In this document: positions 30,227 through 39,816 of the stretch, piece after piece
How the letters are laid out: the number at the start of each line of letters is the position of its first letter
Numbering within the stretch: the first letter of the stretch is position 1
DNA from: an uncultured Candidatus Saccharibacteria bacterium
GTDB taxonomy: Bacteria; Patescibacteriota; Minisyncoccia; Phycocordibacterales; DSPV01
DNA: 64,000 nt
Reading direction: 5' to 3'
NCBI GenBank assembly: GCA_964617735.1
Contig: CAZTXT010000001.1
Span: 267,589 to 331,588, forward strand
Position numbers and translations under genes: made by a program
Notes under the pieces: generated by a model
Seen by the model: only the letters and a program-made list of their open reading frames with translations
The model's database searches: none
Told to the model about the DNA's origin: nothing

Positions 30227-30712
30227 TTACCAATGCAGCACGGTTCCGGTCGCACTCTCTCCTACCGGCGGTTCGGGAAGAAGGCGGATCAGCTCTGCGT
30301 TTATCTGACCCTTTTCATTCGGTGAGCCGATGACTACGGCGAATTCTCCGACCGAAAGGTCAGTAGGAGCGATCGCGTCACGGAACCTTCGAATCTCGGT
30401 AGTACTGGCGATCGCGACCGCTTTCTCTACGTTCTCGCGGTCGGATATTAAGATTATGGGAAGGTCTACCTTGATTATCTTGCCGATCGTACCGTGGGCG
30501 TTAGGGAACTCCCGGTCGTGCGGGACCCGTATCATAAAATTGCCCGGATGCCCGCCGAAGGTTCGATAATAATTGTCGCCCCAGCGGTAGGAGAATTCAG
30601 CACGGTGGAAACCCACTGCCATGCCCGCTTGAAAGATAAAAAGCGCGACGATGAGGATGCCCAATCCCCACAGTATCGTTTTGAATACTTTTGACTCCAG
30701 GAAATTTCTCAT
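30227..30712 (-). CDS. Conserved hypothetical single-pass protein
   Basis: TM followed by WGDNY, HGTIGKI, VVIGSPNEKGQINAELIR; coupled to its neighbours. Confidence 0.75.
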   Translation of the reverse strand: MRNFLESKVFKTILWGLGILIVALFIFQAGMAVGFHRAEFSYRWGDNYYRTFGGHPGNFMIRVPHDREFPNAHGTIGKIIKVDLPIILISDRENVEKAVAIASTTEIRRFRDAIAPTDLSVGEFAVVIGSPNEKGQINAELIRLLPEPPVGESATGTVLHW

Positions 30713-31128
30713 GCTCGATGGAGCCTATGCCCGCTGATGCCCTGCGCGGCGCGCAGGGTCGACACCAGCGCTTTGACTGATCCTAAAAATACGAAAAGCG
30801 CCGCAAGAGAAGCGGTGATGCTCATCAGCGGCACTGAATCGGTGACTGCCAGCGCGAAATCTTTCCAGTAGAGAAGCATCGTTTGTCCGTCCGAGAGGAG
30901 TAGAGAGAGGTAGTTGTTCAAGCCGGACTGCGAGAGACCTGAAACGGCATACTGGAGAGCGGGAATGAATGCACCCAAGGATATGACCGAAAGAGCGCCA
31001 AAGAGATAGGATCGCCGGCGCGCCTGTGTGCTCGCTTCGATGCTGATGCGTCCTATAATGGCTTGGTAGAGGCCTTTGGGCGGCTCTTTGTGCCGCACAT
31101 GGGCAAATAGTTTCTCATATGGATCCAT
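30709..31128 (-). CDS. Putative membrane anti-sigma factor
   Basis: Follows the ECF gene; EPPKGLYQAIIGRI, then two TM segments; start MDPYEK after TATACT. Confidence 0.7.
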   Translation of the reverse strand: MDPYEKLFAHVRHKEPPKGLYQAIIGRISIEASTQARRRSYLFGALSVISLGAFIPALQYAVSGLSQSGLNNYLSLLLSDGQTMLLYWKDFALAVTDSVPLMSITASLAALFVFLGSVKALVSTLRAAQGISGHRLHRA

Positions 31129-31252
31129 AGGAAAGTATACGAAAGAAGGATGCCCATCTGGTGCATCCTTCTTTCTGAACATCCGAATAAAGGTCGTCAA
31201 ATTCGGGGAGTCCTTATAAACTTTCGCGCGAAACAGAGGCGAGTGCCTCTGA

Positions 31253-31837
31253 TTACTGTAACGAGCCTTCGTTGAGTTTTGGTGCATCCAGATTCTTGCG
31301 CAATGCTATCAGAGCCCGGCGGTGCTGGCTTTTAACGGTATTGAGCGGTTTCCTAAGTATGGTGCCTATCTCATCGAAGGTGAGTTCCTCGAAATAATAG
31401 AGATTGAGCACTTCTCGGTAGCGCGGATGGAGCGTAAGGAGCATCTTCTCTAAGAATGCTTTATCATATGCGCGCGCAAGCACCTCGTCGGGAAGCGCTT
31501 GCGTATCTGCGAGCTTCTCTGTCAGGGTGTTCCCGTCCTCATCGTCATCGAAGTCGGAGAAATGAAGGTGTTTTCGCTTCCGGAGCCAATCGATAGCCGT
31601 CCGATGTGCGATCGTAAAAAGCCATGTTTTGAAACTCTGCTGCGGGCGATATTTTTTGATATGCCGCCACACCTTCACAAACGTCTCTTGAGTTATGTCT
31701 TCGGCATCGGCCGAGGAGCCCGTCATGACATACGTATAATTATAGATAGATGCAAGATGCCGGTTGATAAGGACGCCGAGGGCGTGCGGATTCCCCTCTA
31801 GGTGCTCCTCGATGAATTGTTCGTCGGTTCGTTCCAT
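31253..31837 (-). CDS. ECF-type sigma-70 factor (SigW-like)
   Basis: DAEDITQETFVKVW...FKTWLFTIAHRTAIDWLRK; LTFDEIGTILRKPLNTVKSQHRRA. Confidence 0.93.
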   Translation of the reverse strand: MERTDEQFIEEHLEGNPHALGVLINRHLASIYNYTYVMTGSSADAEDITQETFVKVWRHIKKYRPQQSFKTWLFTIAHRTAIDWLRKRKHLHFSDFDDDEDGNTLTEKLADTQALPDEVLARAYDKAFLEKMLLTLHPRYREVLNLYYFEELTFDEIGTILRKPLNTVKSQHRRALIALRKNLDAPKLNEGSLQ

Positions 31838-31953
31838 AGCTGCGGGGGGATTTTAGGCGGCATCAGTGTAGCATGTCTCGACCCTCTATTCATCTAAGCG
31901 CTCTACCGCAAGGGATTGCGAACATTGGCGAAAGCAAAAAGGAGGTATAGTAT

Positions 31954-32562
31954 ATGGCTATGAAAAAGAATCTCATTATCGTGGCAGTCGTGGTCGTCGT
32001 CATTATCGCGGCACTGCTCGTATTCTGGAGATCAAAACCACAAGAGCCAGAGGTTGTGACTCCGCAGCCGGAGGTCCTTAATACCTACGCTTCCTCGACG
32101 CTCGGCGTGTCGCTGAGTTATCCACAAGGTTTTAGCGTCAATGAATCGTACACCTACGACCAGTTCGGTCCGAAAAAACCCATTCACGGAGTTAAGTTCA
32201 CTATTCCAGCTGCCATGGCTACGGGCACGAATCTCGGGACTGATACGGGAATTTCCGTAGAAACTCTGCCGCGTGCGAAAAATTGCACGGGCGACATCTA
32301 CCTCTACGATAATGTCACTGCGCATCAGTATACCGAAGGCGGCATTACCTACTCGATTGCTTCTTCTACCGGCGCGGGTGCGGGGAATAGGTACGAAGAG
32401 ACCGTCTATGCATTCTCGACCAGCTCGCCGTGCACAGCGATCCGTTATTTCATACACTACGGCGTCATCGACAACTACCCTGACACGGTCAAAGAATTTG
32501 ACCGAAACACGCTGGTTCGGACGTTTGATACGATCCGCCGCTCGGTCTCGTTTATGCGCTGA
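31954..32562 (+). CDS. Hypothetical single-pass exported protein (possibly PsbP-like fold)
   Basis: N-terminal TM, TYASSTLGVSLSYPQG, GAGAGNRY. Confidence 0.75.
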   Translation: MAMKKNLIIVAVVVVVIIAALLVFWRSKPQEPEVVTPQPEVLNTYASSTLGVSLSYPQGFSVNESYTYDQFGPKKPIHGVKFTIPAAMATGTNLGTDTGISVETLPRAKNCTGDIYLYDNVTAHQYTEGGITYSIASSTGAGAGNRYEETVYAFSTSSPCTAIRYFIHYGVIDNYPDTVKEFDRNTLVRTFDTIRRSVSFMR

Positions 32563-32581
32563 TCATCCGCTTCCAGCGACC

Positions 32582-32743
32582 ATGAACCCTAAACTCATGT
32601 GGCTTTTGATAGGAGTAGGTTCTGTGATCGGCGGAGCGATACCAGGTCTTTGGGGCGCCGGTATCTTCTCTTTTTCATCCCTTATATTCAGCACAGCGGG
32701 CGCGTTTGGGGGACTGTGGCTTGCCTATAAAATAGGGCAGTAA
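32582..32743 (+). CDS. Small Gly-rich membrane protein (53 aa)
   Basis: MNPKLMWLLIGVGSVIGGAIPGLWGAG...GGLWLAYKIGQ, two TM helices. Confidence 0.7.
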   Translation: MNPKLMWLLIGVGSVIGGAIPGLWGAGIFSFSSLIFSTAGAFGGLWLAYKIGQ

Positions 32744-32848
32744 ATCTGTTCAAAGAAACCTAAGGAGAAAAAACAGAATCAAATGGCCGCCAAGGCAGCC
32801 GTTTTGTTTTTTGCTGGAAAAATGTGAAGAAAGATATATACTGGCACC

Positions 32849-33283
32849 ATGCCAGTAAAAAGTTACAAAGTCTACGGAGACAGTGGGGAAGCAGAGGTGG
32901 TCAGGCTTATTAAATGTCCAAACTGCGATCACGATTTAATGCTTTTGCCTCCAAGCTACCCACTTTTTGATGTTCAGTGCAAGGCTTGTGATTTCCGGGC
33001 GCAGGTAAAAAGTTCAAGCTCGAAGCCGACCGATATTCTTCGCGGAGCTGGTTGGGATATTATGGATAAGGTATTGAAGTCTGGTAAGCTCGTTCCACCC
33101 CTTATTGTTAATTTTAAATGGAAAATGAGGGGGAAAAATAGGCAAGAGGTCAGGTTCTATCCTTTTATAAAGCGATCCTCTCTGCAGAAATACACGGCGA
33201 ATATAAAGAGCGTTGGTCGCGTTTACAAAATGTTTACCTACAAGCTTCGAGGAATTCTTTTCTTTGTTTTATATTCTCGATGA
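32849..33283 (+). CDS. DpnI/Dam-replacing-like Zn-binding PD-(D/E)xK nuclease domain protein
   Basis: CPNC...P..D..CKAC...QVKS...GA pattern matches the DpnI N-terminal domain layout; no winged helix. Confidence 0.65.
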   Translation: MPVKSYKVYGDSGEAEVVRLIKCPNCDHDLMLLPPSYPLFDVQCKACDFRAQVKSSSSKPTDILRGAGWDIMDKVLKSGKLVPPLIVNFKWKMRGKNRQEVRFYPFIKRSSLQKYTANIKSVGRVYKMFTYKLRGILFFVLYSR

Positions 33284-33348
33284 TTAAAAGGTGTGTGCGG
33301 CATGGTTCCTAGTACTATCTCTAGCAATTTTTATGATACAATGGCTCT

Positions 33349-33684
33349 ATGAAACTTCTTGCGCGCTGGATCATTAATGCACTAGTCATACTCGCGGCGT
33401 CGTATATTCTCCCTGGCGTCACTGTCAGCGGCTTTGTCGCGGCATTGGTCGTCGCGTTGGTGCTCGGTGCACTCAATATCCTTATCAAACCGATCCTTAT
33501 TATTCTTACCCTTCCCATTACCATTATCACGTTCGGGCTCTTCGTGCTCGTGATAAACACGGGGCTTATCATGCTCGCGAGTGCTTTGGTGCCTGGTTTC
33601 GCTGTCGCCGGTTTCTGGAACGCATTTCTCTTCGGCATCGTGCTCTCTATCACGCATGCTGTTGTTCACAAGGCGTTCAAGTAG
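33349..33684 (+). CDS. Phage_holin_4_2 / YvlD-family membrane protein
   Basis: LNILIKPILIILTLPITIITFGLFVLVIN motif. Confidence 0.9.
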   Translation: MKLLARWIINALVILAASYILPGVTVSGFVAALVVALVLGALNILIKPILIILTLPITIITFGLFVLVINTGLIMLASALVPGFAVAGFWNAFLFGIVLSITHAVVHKAFK

Positions 33685-33748
33685 TATCGGATGGGTTCAC
33701 AGACCAAAAGCGGATTTACCCTCACATTAAATATTTCCAATACTCCAA

Positions 33749-34249
33749 CTAGTCGGGGTTTGTGACCTGAAACGAAGCGATGAGATAGCCGCCGCCACGC
33801 TTTTCGAGCCGGATCGTCGCTTGGTATGACCCGGCATTCCCTCCATGCGTGATTTCTTCGCTGGTCATCTCCACAACGTCACCGACGACGGTGTATGAAT
33901 CGTCCGGATTTTTCGTCACCGAGAGCACGGTGATATGATCGGGCCACGGGCTTGAGGTCAGGCGTCCGGGCGCTTCGCGCATCGGGTCGTTGCTCCAAAG
34001 GGAGAGGGTCTCGGGGGTCAGGTAGGGCGTATAGTATTGATCGATCGCCTGCGCGGCCGCCTCGCGACTTCCGGATAATGAGACTTTTTGCAATTGTCTG
34101 CCGAATCCCTCGATGAAAGAGGCTATATGCGAACTCTCGTCGGTTTGAGGCGCCGGTGGTGTTCGCGCTGACAGTAGGGCCCACACAATGAGCGCTGCGG
34201 CGGCTATGACCGTAAGTCCCGAAACGATCGTTGAGCTTTTGTAATGCAT
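33749..34249 (-). CDS. Hypothetical exported protein
   Basis: N-terminal TM; FGRQLQKVSL and APGRLTSSPWPD look like conserved motifs. Confidence 0.75.
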   Translation of the reverse strand: MHYKSSTIVSGLTVIAAAALIVWALLSARTPPAPQTDESSHIASFIEGFGRQLQKVSLSGSREAAAQAIDQYYTPYLTPETLSLWSNDPMREAPGRLTSSPWPDHITVLSVTKNPDDSYTVVGDVVEMTSEEITHGGNAGSYQATIRLEKRGGGYLIASFQVTNPD

Positions 34250-34352
34250 GCAGTGTGCCTATACTAGCATGTTTTACGCGTGCTATTATGGAGATGTTGT
34301 CTGGAGAATATTTATATACAAGCCGATTCGGCATTTTTAAAATACATGCACT

Positions 34353-34805
34353 ATGCTCTATAAAGATCTGATACAACAGCGGACAGACTCTTCGGAATGT
34401 CCTTTTTGCGGCGGTGCCAACCGCGTCGTTAAAGAAACCCCGTTGGCCTACCTTACCTACGCGCTCGCGCCCTATCACAAGCACCATCTCCTGATTGTGC
34501 CTAAACGCCACATCATCTCGCTCCACGACATTACGCGCAATGAGATGGAGGACATGCTCGACCTCCAGCACTTCGGTATCGGACTCCTGCGCGCTTTAGG
34601 CTATGAGGATGTCTCGATCCTTATCCGCGAAGGCAGAAAGACCGGCCAGAGCATCAAGCATTTGCATTATCATGCGATTCCCAATATCCGTATCGGCGAT
34701 CTTGACCATGAGGGGAATGACCGGAAAGTGATGACTGATGCGGAAGTCGAGAAGATCTTCGGAGAGCTTAAGAAAGTGGCTACGGAGCGTGAGAATAAGA
34801 TGTAG
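34353..34805 (+). CDS. HIT family nucleotide hydrolase
   Basis: CPFC, HLLIVPKRH, GQSIKHLHYH. Confidence 0.92.
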   Translation: MLYKDLIQQRTDSSECPFCGGANRVVKETPLAYLTYALAPYHKHHLLIVPKRHIISLHDITRNEMEDMLDLQHFGIGLLRALGYEDVSILIREGRKTGQSIKHLHYHAIPNIRIGDLDHEGNDRKVMTDAEVEKIFGELKKVATERENKM

Positions 34806-34914
34806 AGGTTAGGGTTCCCTTGAGGGTTTTTGACAAATATTGAGGACCGATTTCTAGCCGATGACTTATCCACAACCCCCTTGCCGTGCGGGATTCCCGG
34901 GTGTATTATTTTCC

Positions 34915-35009
34915 ATGTAAGCATTTTAATGCTTACTATGTTCTTCGCTCCTTTATGGAGCATCACTTTCCGAGGCTTTCGATCGATGATCGAGGGCCTC
35001 TTCCTTTTT
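34915..35009 (+). ncRNA. Candidate small RNA (three hairpins)
   Basis: TTGCCG-N17-TATTAT (34881-34909); hairpins 34917-34936, 34947-34961 and 34972-35000, then a U-rich tail. Confidence 0.45.
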
Positions 35010-35028
35010 ATGCGTTATACTAGAGGTC

Positions 35029-35232
35029 ATGGATGAACATGAAAAAATAGAAAAGAAACTTTCCGAAATAGAGGCGAAGGTAGATGCGGTTTTTGCTTCG
35101 TCGGAGAAAATGCGCAAATATTTCCTCTGGACGCTCGTTATCACCATAGTGGTCATTGTGGGTCCGCTACTCATCCTCCCCTTCGTTATTCCCGCGTTTC
35201 TCTCCTCCGTTACGCTTCCTTCGGGTTTCTAA
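35029..35232 (+). CDS. Small hypothetical membrane protein
   Basis: Coiled-coil N-terminus, SSEKMRKYFLWTL, then a TM; TATACT 7 nt upstream. Confidence 0.75.
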   Translation: MDEHEKIEKKLSEIEAKVDAVFASSEKMRKYFLWTLVITIVVIVGPLLILPFVIPAFLSSVTLPSGF

Positions 35233-35233
35233 G

Positions 35234-35536
35234 ATGAAAGTCCTCTTCGTGATGCTCGTTGCCGCCGGTATCGTCTGGTATTTTGGTTTCTATTCGAAAG
35301 ATGCCCTCTTCCATGATTACTCGAACGACAGTGGCTACTTTCTCGGACGCCAGATATGTCCTGACCTCAAGCCTAAGAATCCCTATGCCCCTTTGTCATC
35401 GGAATATGAGGGCTTTTCGTGGGGTGAAGCGCATCCAGGGGAGGCGTGTCAGAGCGCTCTCGAGCAGTTCAATATGGGTTGTCTTGAGCATCAACGGCAA
35501 GCGTCTGCCTATGCGAACTGTACAAAAAACCCTTGA
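35234..35536 (+). CDS. Hypothetical exported Cys-containing protein
   Basis: ATG immediately after the previous stop; signal/TM; GFSWGE...C...FNMGC. Confidence 0.65.
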   Translation: MKVLFVMLVAAGIVWYFGFYSKDALFHDYSNDSGYFLGRQICPDLKPKNPYAPLSSEYEGFSWGEAHPGEACQSALEQFNMGCLEHQRQASAYANCTKNP

Positions 35537-35676
35537 TATTTCACAATTATGCCTGTGGCCCCTACGGTAATGTTTTCCGAGTCTTTTCGTCTCTTTTTGT
35601 AAGGCCTACAGTGGCCCTGGGGCGCCTAGAATAAATATATCGCCCCATCACGTTTAGCAATATAACAAACTATATT

Positions 35677-37200
35677 ATGAAAAAGTACAGTATCGCGGGA
35701 TTTTTAGTCTCGCTCGCTGTAGTCTTCTCTCCGGCTTTGAGCTTCGCTCAGACAAATACGAGCGCAGCTGCGCAAGTAAAGGCGAATATCGACAGCCTCT
35801 TGTCAAAGGTGGCTGCTTTGCAAGCGCAGATCCAGTTGGTCAATCAGCAGAAGGCCGACATCAATCAACAGATACGTCTGACGCGCTCGCTCTATCGCGG
35901 ACTCTCAGGAGATGATGTCAAAGTGCTCCAGCAGATGCTTGCACAGGACTCGCAAGTGTATCCGGAAGGGTTCATCACCGGGCATTTCGGAGCATTGACC
36001 GAAAAAGCGGTAAAGAAATTCCAGAAGAAATACGGCATCGAACAGGCTGGTATCGTCGGCCCGAAGACTTCTAAACAGCTCAATAAGCTGTTCGCCCAGT
36101 TGAACAAGGACGCCAATGGCAAGGGCGATGATGACCAGGGTGAGAACGAAGATGGTCATCATGCAACTTCGACGCGCTCCGATGATGAGGAGCATAAAGT
36201 GACGATCTGTCACAAGGGACAGGAAACCATATCAGTGGATACCCATGCGCTCCAAGCTCATTTAGGGCATGGAGATAGCATCGGCGCTTGCTCCGGTGGA
36301 ACCTCGACGACCACGCCTGATGTACTCCCGCCGGTGATTTCGTCGGTCTCGGCCTCGATCAATTCAACGTCGGCGACCATCAACTGGAGCACCAATGAGC
36401 CTTCGACATCGCTCGTATGGCTCGCCAGTTCGACTCCGGTGACCAGTGCTTCCGGCAAGATGAGCAATTCGAACGGATCGCTCGTGTTCAGCCATTCTTT
36501 GAGCTTCACTACGCTCTCTGCAAGCACGACGTATTATTATTTCGTTGTCTCCACCGACGCTTCCGGCAATACCGCGACGAGTTCCGAACACTCATTCACC
36601 ACACCTCCTGAAGTCTCGGACACGACTGCACCGTTTATCTTCGGTGTTTCAGCAACGCCGCTGGTTAACAGCGCTTCGATCTCTTGGATGACCAACGAGT
36701 CCTCGAACTCACGGGTATGGTTTGCAACGTCAACTGATATCCTCAATGCCTCAAACAAGCAGATGACGAGCGACCTGTCTCTGACCACGAACCATACGGT
36801 GGGCCTCTCGGGTCTCACCTCGGCTACGACGTACTACTTCCTCGTAGTTTCGGCAGATGCAGCGGGCAACACCGCAACGAGCACCTCGAATCTCTACACC
36901 TTCACGACCTTGCCCTTGAGCATCTCGAGCATCGTCGCAACACCGGCGAGCACCACAGCCTCGATCAACTGGAACACGAATGTCTCATCTGATTCGAAGG
37001 TCTGGTACGCGACTTCGACTCCGGTCGTAAGCGCGTCAGGGAAGCTCTCGGCCTCAAATTCCGCTTCGGTTACGGGGCATTCGATCACGCTTACCAATCT
37101 TGCAACGAGCACGACGTACTACTATGTCGTCGTTTCCAAGGATTCCTTCGGGAATGCCGCGACGAGTTCTGACAACTCGTTCGTGACGCTCGCTCTCTAA
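35677..37200 (+). CDS. Secreted peptidoglycan-binding protein with three FN3-like repeats
   Basis: Signal peptide, coiled coil, PG_binding_1 (GDDVKVLQ...TGHFGALTEKAVKKFQ...VGPKT), KVTICHKG module, ATINWSTNE...TTYYY.V.S.D repeats. Confidence 0.85.
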   Translation: MKKYSIAGFLVSLAVVFSPALSFAQTNTSAAAQVKANIDSLLSKVAALQAQIQLVNQQKADINQQIRLTRSLYRGLSGDDVKVLQQMLAQDSQVYPEGFITGHFGALTEKAVKKFQKKYGIEQAGIVGPKTSKQLNKLFAQLNKDANGKGDDDQGENEDGHHATSTRSDDEEHKVTICHKGQETISVDTHALQAHLGHGDSIGACSGGTSTTTPDVLPPVISSVSASINSTSATINWSTNEPSTSLVWLASSTPVTSASGKMSNSNGSLVFSHSLSFTTLSASTTYYYFVVSTDASGNTATSSEHSFTTPPEVSDTTAPFIFGVSATPLVNSASISWMTNESSNSRVWFATSTDILNASNKQMTSDLSLTTNHTVGLSGLTSATTYYFLVVSADAAGNTATSTSNLYTFTTLPLSISSIVATPASTTASINWNTNVSSDSKVWYATSTPVVSASGKLSASNSASVTGHSITLTNLATSTTYYYVVVSKDSFGNAATSSDNSFVTLAL

Positions 37201-37210
37201 AGCGGGTACG

Positions 37211-37245
37211 CGAAGACCGCTCTGCTTTAAGCAGAGCGGTCTTTT
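37211..37245 (+). terminator. Intrinsic terminator
   Basis: aagaccgctctgct-tta-agcagagcggtctt followed by T's. Confidence 0.85.
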
Positions 37246-37341
37246 GCATAAATGAGGAGTCGAAAGCCGCAGGACGTTTTTCTAGTGGTATACTGAAAGC
37301 ATCGTAAGGTCGTCTTTTAGAAGAAAGGTTTACTCGATAAC

Positions 37342-37758
37342 ATGAATTTTGCAATAAATTATTGGGCGGTGCTAGTCGCGGCGGTCGCGGCTATGATCAC
37401 CGGATTCCTGTGGTATGGTCCGATCTTCGGGAAGCTGTGGATGTCTTTGATGGGCATCACACCAGAGAAGATGAAAGAATCGCAGGCGAAGGGAGGCATG
37501 GGGGCGAGATATTTCGCCATGTTCATCGGCAGTCTGGTCGTCTCGTACGCGCTTGCCTATCTCGTACATCGGCTCGGCATCATGGGCATTGAGGGCGCAT
37601 GCAAGTTGACGCTCTACGTGGGTATCGGTTTCATCGCAACGGTGCTTCTCGGGTCGGTTCTTTGGGAAGAGCGGCCGATAAAACTATATGTGCTGAACGT
37701 CGCGTATTACCTTGTTTCGATCTTTATCCAGACGCTCATCCTCGCGTACTGGTGGTAG
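37342..37758 (+). CDS. DUF1761 family membrane protein
   Basis: INYWAVLVAAV...GFLWYGPIFGKLWM. Confidence 0.88.
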   Translation: MNFAINYWAVLVAAVAAMITGFLWYGPIFGKLWMSLMGITPEKMKESQAKGGMGARYFAMFIGSLVVSYALAYLVHRLGIMGIEGACKLTLYVGIGFIATVLLGSVLWEERPIKLYVLNVAYYLVSIFIQTLILAYWW

Positions 37759-37767
37759 AGGAGGGAA

Positions 37768-38955
37768 TTATCCGAACGTGAAGGTGTATGCGTCCAATCC
37801 GGGCGATTCGATGATGATCTCGATCGTATGCTCGCCCCATGATCGGTCCTCGACGAGGCGATAGAGGCGGTTCTCGCTGAAGGTTACCGTCCCATCGGCG
37901 CTGATGTCAGCCCCGCGCATAGCGGCAGGGATAGGCGAGCCGTCTATGAGGATCTTAGCTTTCACAGGTTTCTCTGCGTGCGCGACGATGAATACTTTTT
38001 GCGCATGGTAGTGCAATTTGATCGCTGCGTTTGCCGTCGTGTTCGTCGTATATTCTCGGGAGAAATTCCAGCCTCCGTCGAGATAGATCCTGTCTGCGGT
38101 CAGGTTCCCCGGCACGGTGAGCGTCTGTGAACCCGTCTCTCCTTGAATCCCGTTCCCCAGGTATTCGTTTCGGAATGCGCCGAAATACATCTCCGGACTT
38201 AACGGATGGCTCGTATCAACAGTCTCGGCGCCTTTGGGCGTACCGATCGGTGCGGTTTTGGGCATATCTTCGCCCAGCCGTTTAGCGCGCTCGGCGAGAA
38301 GCTCTTGGATCTTGCTCTCTGTCTCTGCGTAGCCGCCCTCGCCGATGTGGTCTTCCACGACGTACCCGTCGATGTCGATGAGATAATGATGGGGCCAGTA
38401 GAAATTGTTATAGGCGCGCCAGGTGCCGTAGTCGTTATCCTGCACGATGGGGTAGGTTACGGAGAATCTTTTTGCGGCATCGGCGACGTTCCCGGGGTCT
38501 TTTTCGAATTCAAATTCAGGCGTATGAATCGAGACGATCTCAAACCCTTCGTCTTTGTATTTTGCATACCATGCGGTGAGATAGGGCAAGGTGCGCTGGC
38601 AGTTGATGCACGAGTACGTCCAGAAGTCCACCATGATCACTTTCTTGCCGACCAATTCCCCGATCGTGATAGGTTTGCCGCCCGTGTTGAGGAAGCCGGA
38701 GGGATTCGCGATCTCCGTGAATTTTTTGTATTTCTTTTCTTTCGCGGCGATGATGTCGGGAGTGTGCGATACGATCGGTTCAGTTTTCTTTACGGTCTCG
38801 GGTGTCGTGGTTGCCGGTGTTGAGGTCACGGAAAGTTCTTGAGTCTGCGGCACGAGTGCCGTCGGATGCACTTTTCCAGCTTCAAGGTAGGCGATCGCGC
38901 CGATGATACCAGCGAGGACGACGATAAGGACGATTATGCGGGTCAGTGGATTCAT
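37768..38955 (-). CDS. Membrane-anchored redoxin with a DipZ-like C-terminal domain
   Basis: DFWTYSCINCQR, HTPEFEFE, NFYWP, GEGGY, SPEMYFG, AYTFTFG. Confidence 0.9.
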   Translation of the reverse strand: MNPLTRIIVLIVVLAGIIGAIAYLEAGKVHPTALVPQTQELSVTSTPATTTPETVKKTEPIVSHTPDIIAAKEKKYKKFTEIANPSGFLNTGGKPITIGELVGKKVIMVDFWTYSCINCQRTLPYLTAWYAKYKDEGFEIVSIHTPEFEFEKDPGNVADAAKRFSVTYPIVQDNDYGTWRAYNNFYWPHHYLIDIDGYVVEDHIGEGGYAETESKIQELLAERAKRLGEDMPKTAPIGTPKGAETVDTSHPLSPEMYFGAFRNEYLGNGIQGETGSQTLTVPGNLTADRIYLDGGWNFSREYTTNTTANAAIKLHYHAQKVFIVAHAEKPVKAKILIDGSPIPAAMRGADISADGTVTFSENRLYRLVEDRSWGEHTIEIIIESPGLDAYTFTFG

Positions 38956-39662
38956 TGTGTGAGCAATAATCTATTAACGAAATCGAAACTCGCGATGCGG
39001 GCGAGCTCTCCGGTAAAGACGAGAATGCCGATCACGATCAAGAGAAGTCCGAAGACGATGTTGATATATTTGACTATCGTAGCGAAACGATTGAGGAAAT
39101 TAGCGGCTTCGCCCGCAAAAAGTCCCACGACAAGAAACGGAATGCCGAGTCCCAGCGCGTAGGTGAAGAGGAGCGTGAATGCCGAGCCTGGCTCTGAAGC
39201 GGCAAGCCCGAGGATGGCGCCGAGCGCCGCGCCGACGCACGGAGTCCATCCAGCCGCGAACGCGAGGCCGAAGACGAACGACGTGATATGCCGCGACGAG
39301 AATTTCTTCATCACGCGGAATTTATAATCCCGTTCGAGAAATGGGATGTGAATGAGTCCCGTCACGTAGAGCCCGAAAAAAATGATGATGGTGCCGCCGA
39401 TATATGAAAGCCAGTTCTGCACGCTGTACGCGACGTTTGAGAGCACCGTGTTGAGAAGGACGCCGAGCAATGCAAAGACGAACGAAAATCCTAGGACAAA
39501 AAAGAGCGCGCTTAAAAACGTATCACGGCGCTTGACCGGCTCTCCGCCGACCGTTGAGCCGGCGAGATACGCCAAGAACCCCGGAATAATGGGGAGGACG
39601 CAGGGGGAGATGAATGAGACAAGCCCCGCAATAAAGGCGACTGATATAGACAAAGAATCCAT
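38952..39662 (-). CDS. ccdA: Cytochrome c biogenesis protein CcdA / DsbD transmembrane domain
   Basis: SFISPCVLP and GWTPCVG motifs. Confidence 0.92.
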   Translation of the reverse strand: MDSLSISVAFIAGLVSFISPCVLPIIPGFLAYLAGSTVGGEPVKRRDTFLSALFFVLGFSFVFALLGVLLNTVLSNVAYSVQNWLSYIGGTIIIFFGLYVTGLIHIPFLERDYKFRVMKKFSSRHITSFVFGLAFAAGWTPCVGAALGAILGLAASEPGSAFTLLFTYALGLGIPFLVVGLFAGEAANFLNRFATIVKYINIVFGLLLIVIGILVFTGELARIASFDFVNRLLLTQ

Positions 39663-39816
39663 TGGGAAATTATACGGCTCAATAAAGCCGTAAGCAAGGA
39701 TATTGACAGTACGGTATATCTTGTGCTAAAACTCCGGCAGAGTCGAGCGAGTGCCGGATACCTTTGCCACTGTGACAGAGCACGGTACGCGCCGATAAAC
39801 ATTGAAAGGAAAGACT

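Noticed and set aside
33349-33684. Holin-family gene as prophage evidence
   Set aside because: YvlD-type proteins are common chromosomal genes, and no phage structural, lysis or integrase genes are nearby.
34866-34874. DnaA box as a sign of oriC
   Set aside because: Single box with no cluster, no evident unwinding element and no dnaA/dnaN nearby; treated as regulatory only.
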